Part shown: positions 20,345 to 30,519 of the stretch, in pieces
Position numbering within the stretch: position 1 is the stretch's first letter
How the letters are laid out: each line of letters starts with the position of its first letter
NCBI GenBank assembly: GCA_963845535.1
Contig: CAWJSK010000012.1
Location: 64,001-128,000 of the forward strand
Reading direction: 5' to 3'
DNA: 64,000 nucleotides
DNA from: an uncultured Spirochaetota bacterium
GTDB taxonomy: Bacteria > Spirochaetota > Spirochaetia > SZUA-6 > Fen-1364
Notes under the pieces: model-generated
What the model was told of the DNA's origin: nothing
What the model saw: the letters and a program-made list of their open reading frames with translations, nothing else
The model's database searches: none
Program-made: the position numbers and the translations under genes

Positions 20345-21121
20345 TCACTCCTTTGTCACGATGCGCTGAAAATCCGCGGCATCCGCGGTCATGTTGATGG
20401 CCAGGGTCATGCGGTCTCCCCGGCTGACCGAATGCGTCAGCTCGACGGGCAGCCCGTTTTCCAGGTACGTCAGCCGCTGAGTCGCGAACGCCGCCTGCGG
20501 TTTGCGGGATTGGCACTCCAGGAGGCCGGCGTCCTCGCGGCCCAGGATCATCGCTTCGTAGGACTCTTCCGCATGGTGAGGCAGGAGCTGCCGTTCCTCT
20601 GTCAGGATCCGGTACAAGGAGTCCTTCCGGAGATCCTTCTCCACGAGCCCAGGGCACAAGTATTCCGGGATCAGGGTCGTCTCCACCAGGATGGGGATGC
20701 TGTTCGCCTTTCGGACCCGCACGATGCGCGTGACGCGGTGATTGGCCGCGGGGAGCTGCAAGGTCTGCGCGAGCTCCGCGTCCGCCTCCTCCACTGCCAG
20801 GGACACCACCCGGGAGCTCGGCCTCAGGCCCAGGTGCAGCATGTCGCTGGTGAAGCTGTAGACCTTGGCGATGTTTCTTCGCAGCTTCTGCGGCAGGACA
20901 TAGGTTCCGCTTCCCTGCCGGCGCTCCAGGAAGCCCTCCCGCACCAGCCGGTCTATGGCCTCCCGCACGGTGATACGGCTCATGCGGTAGCTTGCGCCGA
21001 GCGCCGCCTCGCTCGGTATTGCATCCGCCGGCTTGAATACCTGGCGGAGGATCTGTTCTCGAAGAATCCGCTCAAGGCGGATGTACTTGGGAACCCCTTC
21101 CGCGCTGCCCTTGTCCTGCAT
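20345..21121 (-). CDS. GntR/HutC (UTRA) transcriptional regulator
   Basis: IPSEAALGASYRMSRITVREA, RRQGSGTYV, C-terminal UTRA domain. Confidence 0.9.
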   Translation of the reverse strand: MQDKGSAEGVPKYIRLERILREQILRQVFKPADAIPSEAALGASYRMSRITVREAIDRLVREGFLERRQGSGTYVLPQKLRRNIAKVYSFTSDMLHLGLRPSSRVVSLAVEEADAELAQTLQLPAANHRVTRIVRVRKANSIPILVETTLIPEYLCPGLVEKDLRKDSLYRILTEERQLLPHHAEESYEAMILGREDAGLLECQSRKPQAAFATQRLTYLENGLPVELTHSVSRGDRMTLAINMTADAADFQRIVTKE

Positions 21122-21126
21122 GTGCG

Positions 21127-22047
21127 TCAGCCGGAAACGAACTGCCTCATGTAGCGGCGGCTCAGCGCCAGGGCCGCCTTTCGGTTGTCCAGGCTGCCTT
21201 CGAACGCCCTGTCCTCCGCTTCGATGCAGGCCGGGCCGTCGTACCCGATTTCCGTCAGGGCCGAGATGAACTTCCCCCACTGCACCTCCCCCAGGCCGGG
21301 AAGCTTCGGTACGTGGTACTCCAGGGGGGTCGCGAGGATGCCCACATCGTCAAGCTTGTCCCTTCGGATGACGGCGTCTTTCACGTGCACGTGGAAGATC
21401 CGGTCCGCGAACTCGTAGATCGGCTTCACGTAGTCGATCTGCTGCCAGAGCAGATGCGAGGGATCAAGGTTGAGACCGAAGCTTGGAGAGGGAATCTCGT
21501 TGAACATCCGTCTCCAGATGGCAGGGGCATACGCCATGTTCTTCCCGCCCGGCCACTCGTCCTTGGAGAAAAACATCGGGCAGTTCTCTATTCCAATGCG
21601 CACCTTCCTGCCCTCAGCAAAGCTCACCAGCTCGGGCCACACGGAAGCGAACTTCCTGAAGTTCTCCTCCAGGTTTTTCGCGGGATCCCGGCCGATGAAA
21701 GTGTTCACCACGCTGACGTGGAGCTGCGCCGCGGCCGCGATCACCTTTTTCAGGTGCTCGCGGAAATATGCCGCTGACTTCTCATCCGGGTCCAGCGGAT
21801 TGGGGTAGTAACCCAGGCCGGAGATGGAAACCTTCGCGTCCGCAAGGACCTTCAGGAGCCGGGCAGCGTCTGAGCCCCCCAGCGCATCCACGTCCACGTG
21901 CGTCACCCCCGCGTACCTGCGTTCCGCCTTGCCGCGCGGCCAGCACATCAGCTCGACGCAGGAGAAGCCCTCATGCGCTGCGAACCCGACGACCTCCTCG
22001 AAGCTCAGCTCGGGGAGGATGGCGCTCACGAAACCCAGCTTCATCAT
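21127..22047 (-). CDS. sugar phosphate isomerase/epimerase (AP endonuclease 2 TIM barrel)
   Basis: IENCPM, DPSHL, HVHVKD, IEAED. Confidence 0.85.
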   Translation of the reverse strand: MMKLGFVSAILPELSFEEVVGFAAHEGFSCVELMCWPRGKAERRYAGVTHVDVDALGGSDAARLLKVLADAKVSISGLGYYPNPLDPDEKSAAYFREHLKKVIAAAAQLHVSVVNTFIGRDPAKNLEENFRKFASVWPELVSFAEGRKVRIGIENCPMFFSKDEWPGGKNMAYAPAIWRRMFNEIPSPSFGLNLDPSHLLWQQIDYVKPIYEFADRIFHVHVKDAVIRRDKLDDVGILATPLEYHVPKLPGLGEVQWGKFISALTEIGYDGPACIEAEDRAFEGSLDNRKAALALSRRYMRQFVSG

Positions 22048-22064
22048 GGCAATCTCCCTTCCCT

Positions 22065-23210
22065 TTAGACTCGAACCCAGGCGCCGGCGTCCCGGCTCTG
22101 GAGGATCTTCTCGCAGAGGACAAGCTCGCGGAGCCCGTCTTTGAACGTGGGGAACGACGGATCACCCTTGCCTCCGGCCGCGATGTAGTCATAGAACTCC
22201 CGGAACATCTGCTTGGAGGTGTCCGGAAACGCCTCGTTGTGGCCGCCGGGGAAACCGATGAGGGACCGCACCTCGGGATACACGAGGGAGGGATCCTTCA
22301 TCATCACCTCGTTGTTCCCGTCCCGCCTGCCGATCCACATACTGTTCGGATTCTCGGATTCCCACGCGATGGCTCTTCGCGATCCGTCGATCTCGAAGGA
22401 GATCCTGTTTTTCCTCCCGGCCGACACCTGGCTGACCGTGAGCGCCCCATGGGCGCCGTTTGCGAAATGGAAAAGCACTGTCGCGTAGTCTTCCGTATCG
22501 ATGGGAACGTCGGAATAATCTTCAGGCTTGAGGATCTTGCCAGCGTACGTCTCCACGGGCTTCAAGGGCTTCTTCCTGGTCTTGTGGAACGTGGCGAAGT
22601 CCGCAAAGACCTCTGCGATCCGCAAGCCCGAAATGTATTCGATCAGATCCATCCAGTGGGACCCGATGTCGGCAACGGCCCGGGATCTTCCCGAAAGCCG
22701 GGGCTCCAGGCGCCAGTTGTAATCCGTGGCGTAGTACAGCCAGTCCTGCAGGTAGCTTCCGTGCACGGAGAAGATGTCCCCGACCTCGCCCTTCTGCGCC
22801 ATGAGCCGCACCTGGCGCATGAGGGGATAGTAGCGGACATTGAAATGCACGGCATTGACGAGGCTCTTTTTCGCGGCAAGCTCGACGAGCTCGGAGGCCT
22901 CCCGCGCTTCCGTTGCAAGGGGCTTCTCGCAGACAACGTGCTTGCCCGCGTTCAAAGCCTGCTTTGCCATCTCGAAGTGCAGATGGTTGGGCGTGCAGAT
23001 GTGAACCACGCGCACGTCGTCTCGGGCGAGCAGCTTCCTGTAGTCTCCGTAGGCGCTGGGAACACCCAAGGCCTCCGCCTTGCTTTTCGCCGTCACTTCG
23101 TCAACGTCGGCGAGCGCGACCACCTCCACATTGGGAAGCCTGCGCATGGCCTCCACGTGCGCGGGACCGATGAACCCGGTCCCAATGACGCCCACAGGCA
23201 CTTTTGTCAC
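22065..23210 (-). CDS. Gfo/Idh/MocA NAD-dependent sugar oxidoreductase
   Basis: [21 protein letters not shown]. Confidence 0.9.
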   Translation of the reverse strand: MTKVPVGVIGTGFIGPAHVEAMRRLPNVEVVALADVDEVTAKSKAEALGVPSAYGDYRKLLARDDVRVVHICTPNHLHFEMAKQALNAGKHVVCEKPLATEAREASELVELAAKKSLVNAVHFNVRYYPLMRQVRLMAQKGEVGDIFSVHGSYLQDWLYYATDYNWRLEPRLSGRSRAVADIGSHWMDLIEYISGLRIAEVFADFATFHKTRKKPLKPVETYAGKILKPEDYSDVPIDTEDYATVLFHFANGAHGALTVSQVSAGRKNRISFEIDGSRRAIAWESENPNSMWIGRRDGNNEVMMKDPSLVYPEVRSLIGFPGGHNEAFPDTSKQMFREFYDYIAAGGKGDPSFPTFKDGLRELVLCEKILQSRDAGAWVRV

Positions 23211-23893
23211 GGTCTGCCCCTCCTTCTGTACGCTTCTTCCATGATCGCCTCGGTCTGTGTCGCCCCGAAGCGCGTAACCCCGGCTTCTCTCACCTTCAGC
23301 GCCATGTCGAGGTCCCGGACTCCCCCGGCGGCCTTCACCTGGACCTTCGCGGACACTGCCTTGCGCATGAGGCGCAGGTCCTCCAGGGTGGCGCCGCCCT
23401 TTGCGAACCCCGTCGATGTCTTCACGAAGTCCGCTCCGGCCTCCTCACACAAGCGGCAGGCGATCTCCTTCTGCTCGTCGCTCAGGTAGCAGTTTTCCAG
23501 GATCACTTTGACAAGCGCGCCATGGGGATGAGCGGCATCCACAACCGCCTTGACGTCGGACCTTACGTACGGAAAGTCCCCGCTGCGCAGCCTTCCGATG
23601 TGAAGAACCATGTCCAGCTCCTGCGCTCCGTCCCGAATGGCCTGCTCCGCTTCAAATACCTTTGTCGCGGTCGTACAGTACCCGTGCGGGAAACCGACCA
23701 CCGCGGCAATCCTCACCTCGGACCCGCGGAGCTTCTCCTTCACCAGGGCAACGTCCGAGGGGGTACAGCAGACTGCTTTGACCCGGTATTTCCGGGAGAT
23801 CTCGCAACCCTGGACGATATCCGCTGTTGTCAGCTCGGGCCGCAGGAGGGAATGGTCGATCATGCCTGCAATATCCGCGGGGCTGTAATCCAT
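23207..23893 (-). CDS. deoC: deoxyribose-phosphate aldolase
   Basis: [38 protein letters not shown]. Confidence 0.92.
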   Translation of the reverse strand: MDYSPADIAGMIDHSLLRPELTTADIVQGCEISRKYRVKAVCCTPSDVALVKEKLRGSEVRIAAVVGFPHGYCTTATKVFEAEQAIRDGAQELDMVLHIGRLRSGDFPYVRSDVKAVVDAAHPHGALVKVILENCYLSDEQKEIACRLCEEAGADFVKTSTGFAKGGATLEDLRLMRKAVSAKVQVKAAGGVRDLDMALKVREAGVTRFGATQTEAIMEEAYRRRGRP

Positions 23894-23916
23894 GGCCTTC
23901 CTTCTTGATTGGCGAT

Positions 23917-23978
23917 AGTTGATATGTCGTCATGACGACATATCAACTTATTCTAAGGCGGGTAGCGCCGTCCGTCAA
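23917..23978 (-). promoter_or_regulatory. sigma70 promoter plus perfect 32-bp palindromic operator of the deoC operon
   Basis: TTGACG (23978-23973)-N17-TAGAAT (23955-23950); AGTTGATATGTCGTCATGACGACATATCAACT at 23917-23948. Confidence 0.8.
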
Positions 23979-23999
23979 GCGGCATTCTGGCATTCGAAA

Positions 24000-26900
24000 T
24001 CATTGCCGACGGGAGGTGTTCTGCGCCATCCGCAAATGGATGACCGCATCGAGATTGCACGGATCACGTGAGAGGACGTCCTGGAAAAATCCGGCAGCTT
24101 CTTCCGTCTTGCCCCTGCCCAGCAGGCCAAGACCGATCATGAATCGGCATTGGTCACGGTTTCTTGCATTGAGATCCTGATCGAACACAAGGAAGTCAGG
24201 AAGCGAAACGGCGAAATAGTCGATCGACACTGAGTCGTTTTGATGCTCGCGACCGTACTCTTCAATCTGCTGGAAGAGCGTCTCTGCGGGACCCGGCATG
24301 GCAAGCGCGTGATACGCGAGGCCGCGGTAGAAGCTTGCATCCGGCGGCTCATCGTTATAATAGAGGAACGATGAGGGCTGGAAACGGCCGCCCGCGGCCC
24401 TCCGGAGGAAGCCTTTCGCTTCCTGTTCCCTGCCGAGCCCCCGCAAGGCCAACCCGAGGAGCCACAGGACCTGCCTGTCCAGATTCTCAAAGAGCTTGCC
24501 TTCGCCGAGGTTGTCGGGGTAGCGAAGGGCCCCGGAAAGCATTTTCACTGCCTCCTCGAGACGGCCCGCGGACACTTCCTGTTTGGACAGCTCCATGATT
24601 GCCGTCAGGTATTGCCTGACGACCTTGCCCTCTCCGCCCTCCCAGGGCCGGAACGTGCGCTCGTCGATGCGCGCGAGCGCTTCGCCGTGTTTTCCCAAAA
24701 GGTTGAGAAGCGTGATGCGCTCGATTGCAAGATCATCCCGGGATAGAACGAGGTTCGGAAAACCGTCCAGGAGCTCGAGCCTTTCAGCGGGCTGCGCTCC
24801 CTGAGCTTTGCGAAGCTGGTCGTACTCATACAGCACACGGGCGTCGGTGCGGTCCAGCTCGAATGCCCGAGAGTACAGCTCGAGGGCGCCCTTTCGATCC
24901 CGCTTCTTGTTGGCGTACGCCATTCCCAGGTTGCGATGGACGGTCGGGAAGCCCGGATCCAGGGCGCGTGACTGCTCCCAGCATTCGATGGCCTCGGTGT
25001 ATCGACGGTTTCCATACCAGAAGGTGCCCAGATAATAGAGAGTCCGGGCATCAGGCCCGTTGAGCCGGAGAGCGCTCTGCAAGGCGAGCGCGGCCTCCGC
25101 CCCATGCGGGAAGCAGTAATCGGGCGGGAGATCCTTCGCCTGAGACAACCACGCGCGCGCCTCGTGAAGGTTTCCGCGCTGTTGCTCAATCCATCCGAGA
25201 AAGTAATGAGACAGGGGATCACTCCGCCTGTTGTTTGACAGCAGGAAAGACGCTTCCTCATACAGCCCCGCATGCGCATAGTCGAGGGCAATCTCAATGG
25301 CGTTATTCGGCGGGCGGCCGGCAAGCCGCAGATAGCTGTCGTCACCCCCCAGCAGGAAGCGCTCGTAGAGCACGCCAAGGTCCATGGGGTCAAGGGCCGC
25401 GGCAACGGCAGCCTCCGAAAGCGCGAAGGCCGGGCGGCCGGCTTTTCTGGCGCACGCTATTTCCAGGTGGCGGGCGCGATGGTTGAGCCAGTTCGCCTCG
25501 AGCGCGCACCGTGCATGTTCAACCGCGAGGTCGTGGTCCCCCCGGCGGCTGTCGATCCGCGCAAGCTCGAAGAACGCGGGACTTTTCAACGCCTGGTTCC
25601 AAACCGCCTTGTAGAAAGCGTCATACGCCTCGTCGTAATTCCCTTGAAGTCGAAGCGCGAGCCCGAGGTTGTAATAGGGCTCGCCATCGTACGGATTGGG
25701 GTTGCGAACCGTGATCCGGGCAATGGCGCGCCTGAAATGGGCTTCCGCCTCGCCAAACACGCCGCGGCGAAGCAGAAGCAACCCCATGGCGTTGTTGCAT
25801 CTGCTTTCTCCCGGGTCCCGTCTCAGCGCCTCTTTATAGTAGAGTTCGGGCTCCCACGTCGCATGTCGGTACTGCTCCAAATGCAATCCGACGAGAAACA
25901 GTTCCTCCACTGAGGGTATCTCACCAGGAGGTCTTGGAGCCTCGGCAGGCTTCGGAATCTCCTCTTCTCCCGGCACGGCAGGAGAATAACGGACTAGCTC
26001 CGCGCCGTCGGAAGATACCCTGAGGAGCAACTGAGAAGGCATGATCCCCTGGGGAACCCCGACACCTTCGACAAAAGGGCTTTCCGGACCAAGCCGGAGG
26101 TTCCTGTCCAGGATAGCGCTGTCGGAACACAGCAGCTCGATCCTGACGTTCCTCGGTCGAGTCAGGTAGACACCGACCGTCGCCTGTGTGCCGTCGAGGT
26201 CGAGATTGACAACGGCTTCCCGGGAAGCATTCTTTGCGGGGCCTATTTTTCGATAGGGCATGAATACCTGGCTGAACCGCTTTTCCTCGCCCGGTTGAAG
26301 CCACGAGAAATCGGGCTGGTTGTCCGTGAAAGCGCCGCACATCAGCTCGACGTACGGTCCATCGTCATCGGTGAGCTGGCGCTCCCACGCGCGGCCGAAA
26401 TCCCCGTTCCCCCAGGTCCACTGCTTCTTGCCGGGAACCACGTGATGATCCGCGACATGCAGCATCCCGGCGTCGGCTCGATGGTCGTAGCTCCCCAGGA
26501 AGTCGAAGTTCGAGCGATAGGCCATGTAGGAGGTCGGCGCGGGAATGTTTTTGTATCGGGAGATGTCAGTCCCCGGGGAGTAGTCGACCTTGTAGTAGGT
26601 GCCGGTTGCAATCGGGAAAGCGGATACGTCCCGTTTGCCGTGGTCCATCACCGCCGTGACATCCGGAGGAAAGACCGACTCGTAGTCGTCATGCACGTGG
26701 ACCGCTGGGTTGGCCCACCAAAGAAACGTCTGGGGCTCGCTTGTCCGATTGCACAAGCGCACGGAGAGCTCCAGATAGGCGCGCTGCGGGAAAAGCGTGA
26801 AACCCACCATGCCCTTCATGCGGTACATGCGCTCGATTTCGCCGAGCCAGACTGTCTTGCTGCCGTCGGCATTCTCAGCAATCGTCCAGTCAACCGGCTC

Positions 26901-27299
26901 AAAGGTGCTGGGCCGGTGATGCTGGGGCCAGTTGAACTCGATGCCCCCCGCCACCCACGGTCCGGTGAGTCCCACCAGGGCGGGTTTGATCACGCGGTTG
27001 TAGTAGATGAAGTGGAAATCATCCGTCTTATCGAGAGCCATGTAGACGCGGCCGCCGATTTCAGGGAGCAGGACTACCTTCAGGTACCGGTTTTCCAGCG
27101 TGATGGCTGTCCAAGTCCTGTCCTCTTTGCGCGCGGAGATCGTCTCAATGATGGGATACGGATATACCGCGCCGCTGCTTCCCTGATAGACGCGCTTCTC
27201 CAGGAACATGGGGTTCTTGTCCGGCTTCCCGGGCGGATATGTTGGTATTCGCATGTGCTCGACCTGCGCTCGAACGACGTCATTGGGCGATTCGCTCAC
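24000..27299 (-). CDS. DUF5107 + TPR protein (E. coli YphG-like)
   Basis: PMFLEKRVYQGSSGAVYPYP, GGIEFNWPQHHRP, GKKQWTWG; long TPR C-terminus. Confidence 0.85.
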   Translation of the reverse strand: MSESPNDVVRAQVEHMRIPTYPPGKPDKNPMFLEKRVYQGSSGAVYPYPIIETISARKEDRTWTAITLENRYLKVVLLPEIGGRVYMALDKTDDFHFIYYNRVIKPALVGLTGPWVAGGIEFNWPQHHRPSTFEPVDWTIAENADGSKTVWLGEIERMYRMKGMVGFTLFPQRAYLELSVRLCNRTSEPQTFLWWANPAVHVHDDYESVFPPDVTAVMDHGKRDVSAFPIATGTYYKVDYSPGTDISRYKNIPAPTSYMAYRSNFDFLGSYDHRADAGMLHVADHHVVPGKKQWTWGNGDFGRAWERQLTDDDGPYVELMCGAFTDNQPDFSWLQPGEEKRFSQVFMPYRKIGPAKNASREAVVNLDLDGTQATVGVYLTRPRNVRIELLCSDSAILDRNLRLGPESPFVEGVGVPQGIMPSQLLLRVSSDGAELVRYSPAVPGEEEIPKPAEAPRPPGEIPSVEELFLVGLHLEQYRHATWEPELYYKEALRRDPGESRCNNAMGLLLLRRGVFGEAEAHFRRAIARITVRNPNPYDGEPYYNLGLALRLQGNYDEAYDAFYKAVWNQALKSPAFFELARIDSRRGDHDLAVEHARCALEANWLNHRARHLEIACARKAGRPAFALSEAAVAAALDPMDLGVLYERFLLGGDDSYLRLAGRPPNNAIEIALDYAHAGLYEEASFLLSNNRRSDPLSHYFLGWIEQQRGNLHEARAWLSQAKDLPPDYCFPHGAEAALALQSALRLNGPDARTLYYLGTFWYGNRRYTEAIECWEQSRALDPGFPTVHRNLGMAYANKKRDRKGALELYSRAFELDRTDARVLYEYDQLRKAQGAQPAERLELLDGFPNLVLSRDDLAIERITLLNLLGKHGEALARIDERTFRPWEGGEGKVVRQYLTAIMELSKQEVSAGRLEEAVKMLSGALRYPDNLGEGKLFENLDRQVLWLLGLALRGLGREQEAKGFLRRAAGGRFQPSSFLYYNDEPPDASFYRGLAYHALAMPGPAETLFQQIEEYGREHQNDSVSIDYFAVSLPDFLVFDQDLNARNRDQCRFMIGLGLLGRGKTEEAAGFFQDVLSRDPCNLDAVIHLRMAQNTSRRQ

Positions 27300-27311
27300 T
27301 TTCGAGCCTCC

Positions 27312-27470
27312 GATGTGAATCTTTGCAGAGATGTGAATCTCTGCAAAGATAAGGGCAAGCGAGTTGAATCGCCAATGGACGATAATCCTCTGAAATGGAC
27401 GATTTTGCCGTTCTCGATAGATCGTCTCGAATCAGGGCAAGATTGTCCAGCTTTTCCAAATATTGTCCAT
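27312..27470. promoter_or_regulatory. divergent control region with a 14-bp inverted repeat and four TGGACRAT boxes
   Basis: ATCTTTGCAGAGAT-GTGA-ATCTCTGCAAAGAT at 27319-27350; AATGGACGAT at 27374 and 27394; ATTGTCCA at 27442 and 27462. Confidence 0.6.
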
Positions 27471-27657
27471 TTGCGCCGCCTATCGACTCACCTAAAATCA
27501 AGCCGTACTATCGGGGATTTCGCGGCCAGTGGCCACGAAGCGGTCAACGGCGTTCATCGCTCTCGGAGATATGGGCCGGAAGGGAGGTGGGGGGAAACAG
27601 AAGCACTGGAAACGATGGTCTTCGGTTTGCAATTTTCGAGATCAAGGAGGCAGGAAC

Positions 27658-29415
27658 ATGAAAAGAGGAATGGCATTTCGCAGGATCCTGGGCGTGGCGG
27701 TTTTTCTTTCTGCGGCTCTCTTCCTCATTGCAGCCGCTTCGGCCCAGACCTTGAAGGACGTCCCGCGCAACCGGACGCTCGTTCTGGGCTGGAGCATATC
27801 CTCTCCGATCGGGGTCACGAACCCCTGGGCCGTCCCCGGCTACACCCACCAGGAAGGCAACAACTTCATGTGGGAGCCCTTGTACTACTTCGCAATCTTC
27901 GCCGACAAGGAGATCCCCTGGCTTGCGGAGAGCATGAAGTATTCCAGTAACTATAGGGTGCTTACGATCAAAATGAACCCGAAGGCCATGTGGAGTGACG
28001 GAGTCCCGGTGACCTCCCGAGACGTCGTTTTCACCTTCGAAGGCCAGATGAAGAACGACAAGCTTCCGTACCACGCTCAGTTCGTGGAGTTCGTGAAGAG
28101 CGTGCGGGCCCCGGACAAGTCCACCGTCATCGTGACTTTCAAGGAGCCGTCTCCCCGGTTCATGTTCGAGGTGCTGGAGCTGAAGTTCGACACCGGCATC
28201 CCCATCGTCCCCGAGCACGTGCTGGCGCCGCAGACGGACGTGACCTCCTTCCCCGGGGGAAACGACATCCCTCACTCCGGGCCGTACAGCCTCGTGAGCT
28301 GGGACAAGAACCAGAAGATTTTCGATTTACGGCCGGACTGGTGGGCGGTCAAAGCCGGCTTGATCAAGACTCCTGACGTGAAGCGGATCGTCATGGTCAA
28401 CCTGGGGGGGCAGATCGGCCAGAATATGGATCTCGTGGCGCAGAGGATCGTCAACAACGAGTTCGACTGCGCCCTGGACATGAGGGCCTCCCTCATCTCC
28501 AGCATCGTGAAGCAGAACCCCAAGGTCACCACGTACACGGGGGATCAATCGCCCTACGGGTACCTGGATTGGTGGCCAAACTCGATGTGGATGGACACGA
28601 AGCTTCCCCCGTATGATGACCCGAATATCCGCAGGGCAATTGCCTTGACGATTGATCGTGACACGATCAACAACGTTCTCTACGAAGGGGCCAAGATCGC
28701 AACGATCTATCCCTTCCCGCTCTACCCAGGGCTCGTGAAATTCGTCAACAGCCCCGCCGTGAAGGCCCTGGAAGAGAAGTATCAGCCCGGCAAGTTCGAC
28801 CTGGAGGAGAGCGCGAAGCTGATGCAGGACGCGGGCTACACTCTGAACGGCGACAAGCTGTGGGAGAAGGACGGAAAGACCGTGTCCGCCGTTCTCAATG
28901 CTTTCGAAGGGATCCATAGCGACATAGCGCCGGTGCTCGTGGAAATGCTCAGGAAAGGCGGCTTCGACGCTTCCGTGAACTTCGGCAACGACGCCATGCA
29001 GAATATGCTCGACGGCAAGGCCGGTCTTTACATGTGGGGCCACGGCGCCAGCATGAGGGACCCGTATGCCGCCCTGGAGCTGTTCCACGGGAAGTACAGC
29101 GCATCGATCGGAACCACTGCGGGATCCAACAGGTGGTCGCGCTATTCGAACCCCGCCTACGACAAGCTGATCGACGCCATGGCGCCTCTTGCCTCGGATG
29201 ACCCCAAGTTCCTCAGCCTTGCCGCCCAAGCGCTCGGGATTTACTGGAGGGACACAATCGACATCCCCATCATCCAGTGGCTGCACAGGATCCCCTACAA
29301 CCAGACCTATTGGACGAACTGGCCGACAAAGGACAACCTTGCCGCCGGAACCAACGGGGCATTCTGGGCTCAGACCGGCACGCTCGTCGTTACGGGCCTG
29401 AAGGCGGTTCAGTAG
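27658..29415 (+). CDS. family-5 ABC substrate-binding protein (Opp/Dpp-like, probably oligosaccharide)
   Basis: Signal peptide; PWLAES, WSDGVPVTSRDVVFT. Confidence 0.88.
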   Translation: MKRGMAFRRILGVAVFLSAALFLIAAASAQTLKDVPRNRTLVLGWSISSPIGVTNPWAVPGYTHQEGNNFMWEPLYYFAIFADKEIPWLAESMKYSSNYRVLTIKMNPKAMWSDGVPVTSRDVVFTFEGQMKNDKLPYHAQFVEFVKSVRAPDKSTVIVTFKEPSPRFMFEVLELKFDTGIPIVPEHVLAPQTDVTSFPGGNDIPHSGPYSLVSWDKNQKIFDLRPDWWAVKAGLIKTPDVKRIVMVNLGGQIGQNMDLVAQRIVNNEFDCALDMRASLISSIVKQNPKVTTYTGDQSPYGYLDWWPNSMWMDTKLPPYDDPNIRRAIALTIDRDTINNVLYEGAKIATIYPFPLYPGLVKFVNSPAVKALEEKYQPGKFDLEESAKLMQDAGYTLNGDKLWEKDGKTVSAVLNAFEGIHSDIAPVLVEMLRKGGFDASVNFGNDAMQNMLDGKAGLYMWGHGASMRDPYAALELFHGKYSASIGTTAGSNRWSRYSNPAYDKLIDAMAPLASDDPKFLSLAAQALGIYWRDTIDIPIIQWLHRIPYNQTYWTNWPTKDNLAAGTNGAFWAQTGTLVVTGLKAVQ

Positions 29416-29520
29416 GGGACCGCTTGAGTCTTGTATGCGGCTGCCAACGCCACGGGCTCTGCCCTGTGGCGCCCCGGCAGCCGCTTGTTTTCAGGGGGAA
29501 AAACAGGAGGATCAGGCACC

Positions 29521-30519
29521 GTGAGGCTCATGTCAATTCTGCGGCGGCTGGGATTCCTCATACTGGTGATCTGGGCGGCATCGACAATCACATTCCTCAT
29601 CCCCCGCATTTCGCCCCGCAATCCCGTTCGAGAACGGTTCATGGAGCTGGCAAAAACGGGAGGATACTCTCCCGTCGACATGGAGAAGATCGTTGCCTCC
29701 TACAGCCAGAAGTTCGGATTGACCAAGCCGCTCTACCAGCAGTATTTCGACTATATTGGCTCCATTGCCCGGCTTGACCTGGGCGTTTCAATGAACAAGT
29801 TTCCCAAGACCGTCTGGCAGTTGCTCATGGAGTCTCTGCCCTGGACAATCGGGCTGCTCTTTGTCTCCACGGTCCTGTCATTCATCATCGGCAACTTTCT
29901 GGGGGCGGTGGCAGCCTGGCCGCGCTCTCCAAAGTGGCTGCGCGGGCTGGCCACCCCCTTTGTCCTGCTCATGGGCGTTCCGCCCGTGCTCATGGGGGTA
30001 TTTCTGCTCTTTTTTGTCGCATTCAAACTGAAGCTCCTGCCCATGGGAAATGCATACTCGATCGGCGTCATTCCCAACTGGTCCCTGAGCTTCGCCATAG
30101 ACATTCTCAAGCATCAGATCCTTCCCGCCTTGTCCCTCATTCTCGGGACGGTGGGCAGTTGGGTGCTGTCCATGCGGGGCATGGGCGTCACCATCCAGGG
30201 TGAAGATTACGTCCTCTTTGCGGAGCACAAGGGGTTGAACGGAAGGACGATCTTCCGGGATTACTACCTGCGCAACGCGCTCCTGCCCCAGGTCACCGGG
30301 CTTGCCCTTGCCGTCGGCACCATGGTGACCTCCGGAATCGTCATCGAGCAGTTCTATGGGCTGCCGGGGATCGGCTCCATGTTGTATGACGCCATCAAGG
30401 TGAATGATTTCCTCGTGATCTATGGGATCGTCCTTTTCATAACGATTGTCATTGCGGTCCTCATGGTCGTGGTGGAGATGCTCTATCCGCTCCTTGATCC
30501 GCGCGTGCGTCAGAAATGA
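29521..30519 (+). CDS. Opp/Dpp-type ABC permease (B)
   Basis: DLGVS, EDYVLFAEHKGL, RNALLP. Confidence 0.88.
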   Translation: MRLMSILRRLGFLILVIWAASTITFLIPRISPRNPVRERFMELAKTGGYSPVDMEKIVASYSQKFGLTKPLYQQYFDYIGSIARLDLGVSMNKFPKTVWQLLMESLPWTIGLLFVSTVLSFIIGNFLGAVAAWPRSPKWLRGLATPFVLLMGVPPVLMGVFLLFFVAFKLKLLPMGNAYSIGVIPNWSLSFAIDILKHQILPALSLILGTVGSWVLSMRGMGVTIQGEDYVLFAEHKGLNGRTIFRDYYLRNALLPQVTGLALAVGTMVTSGIVIEQFYGLPGIGSMLYDAIKVNDFLVIYGIVLFITIVIAVLMVVVEMLYPLLDPRVRQK

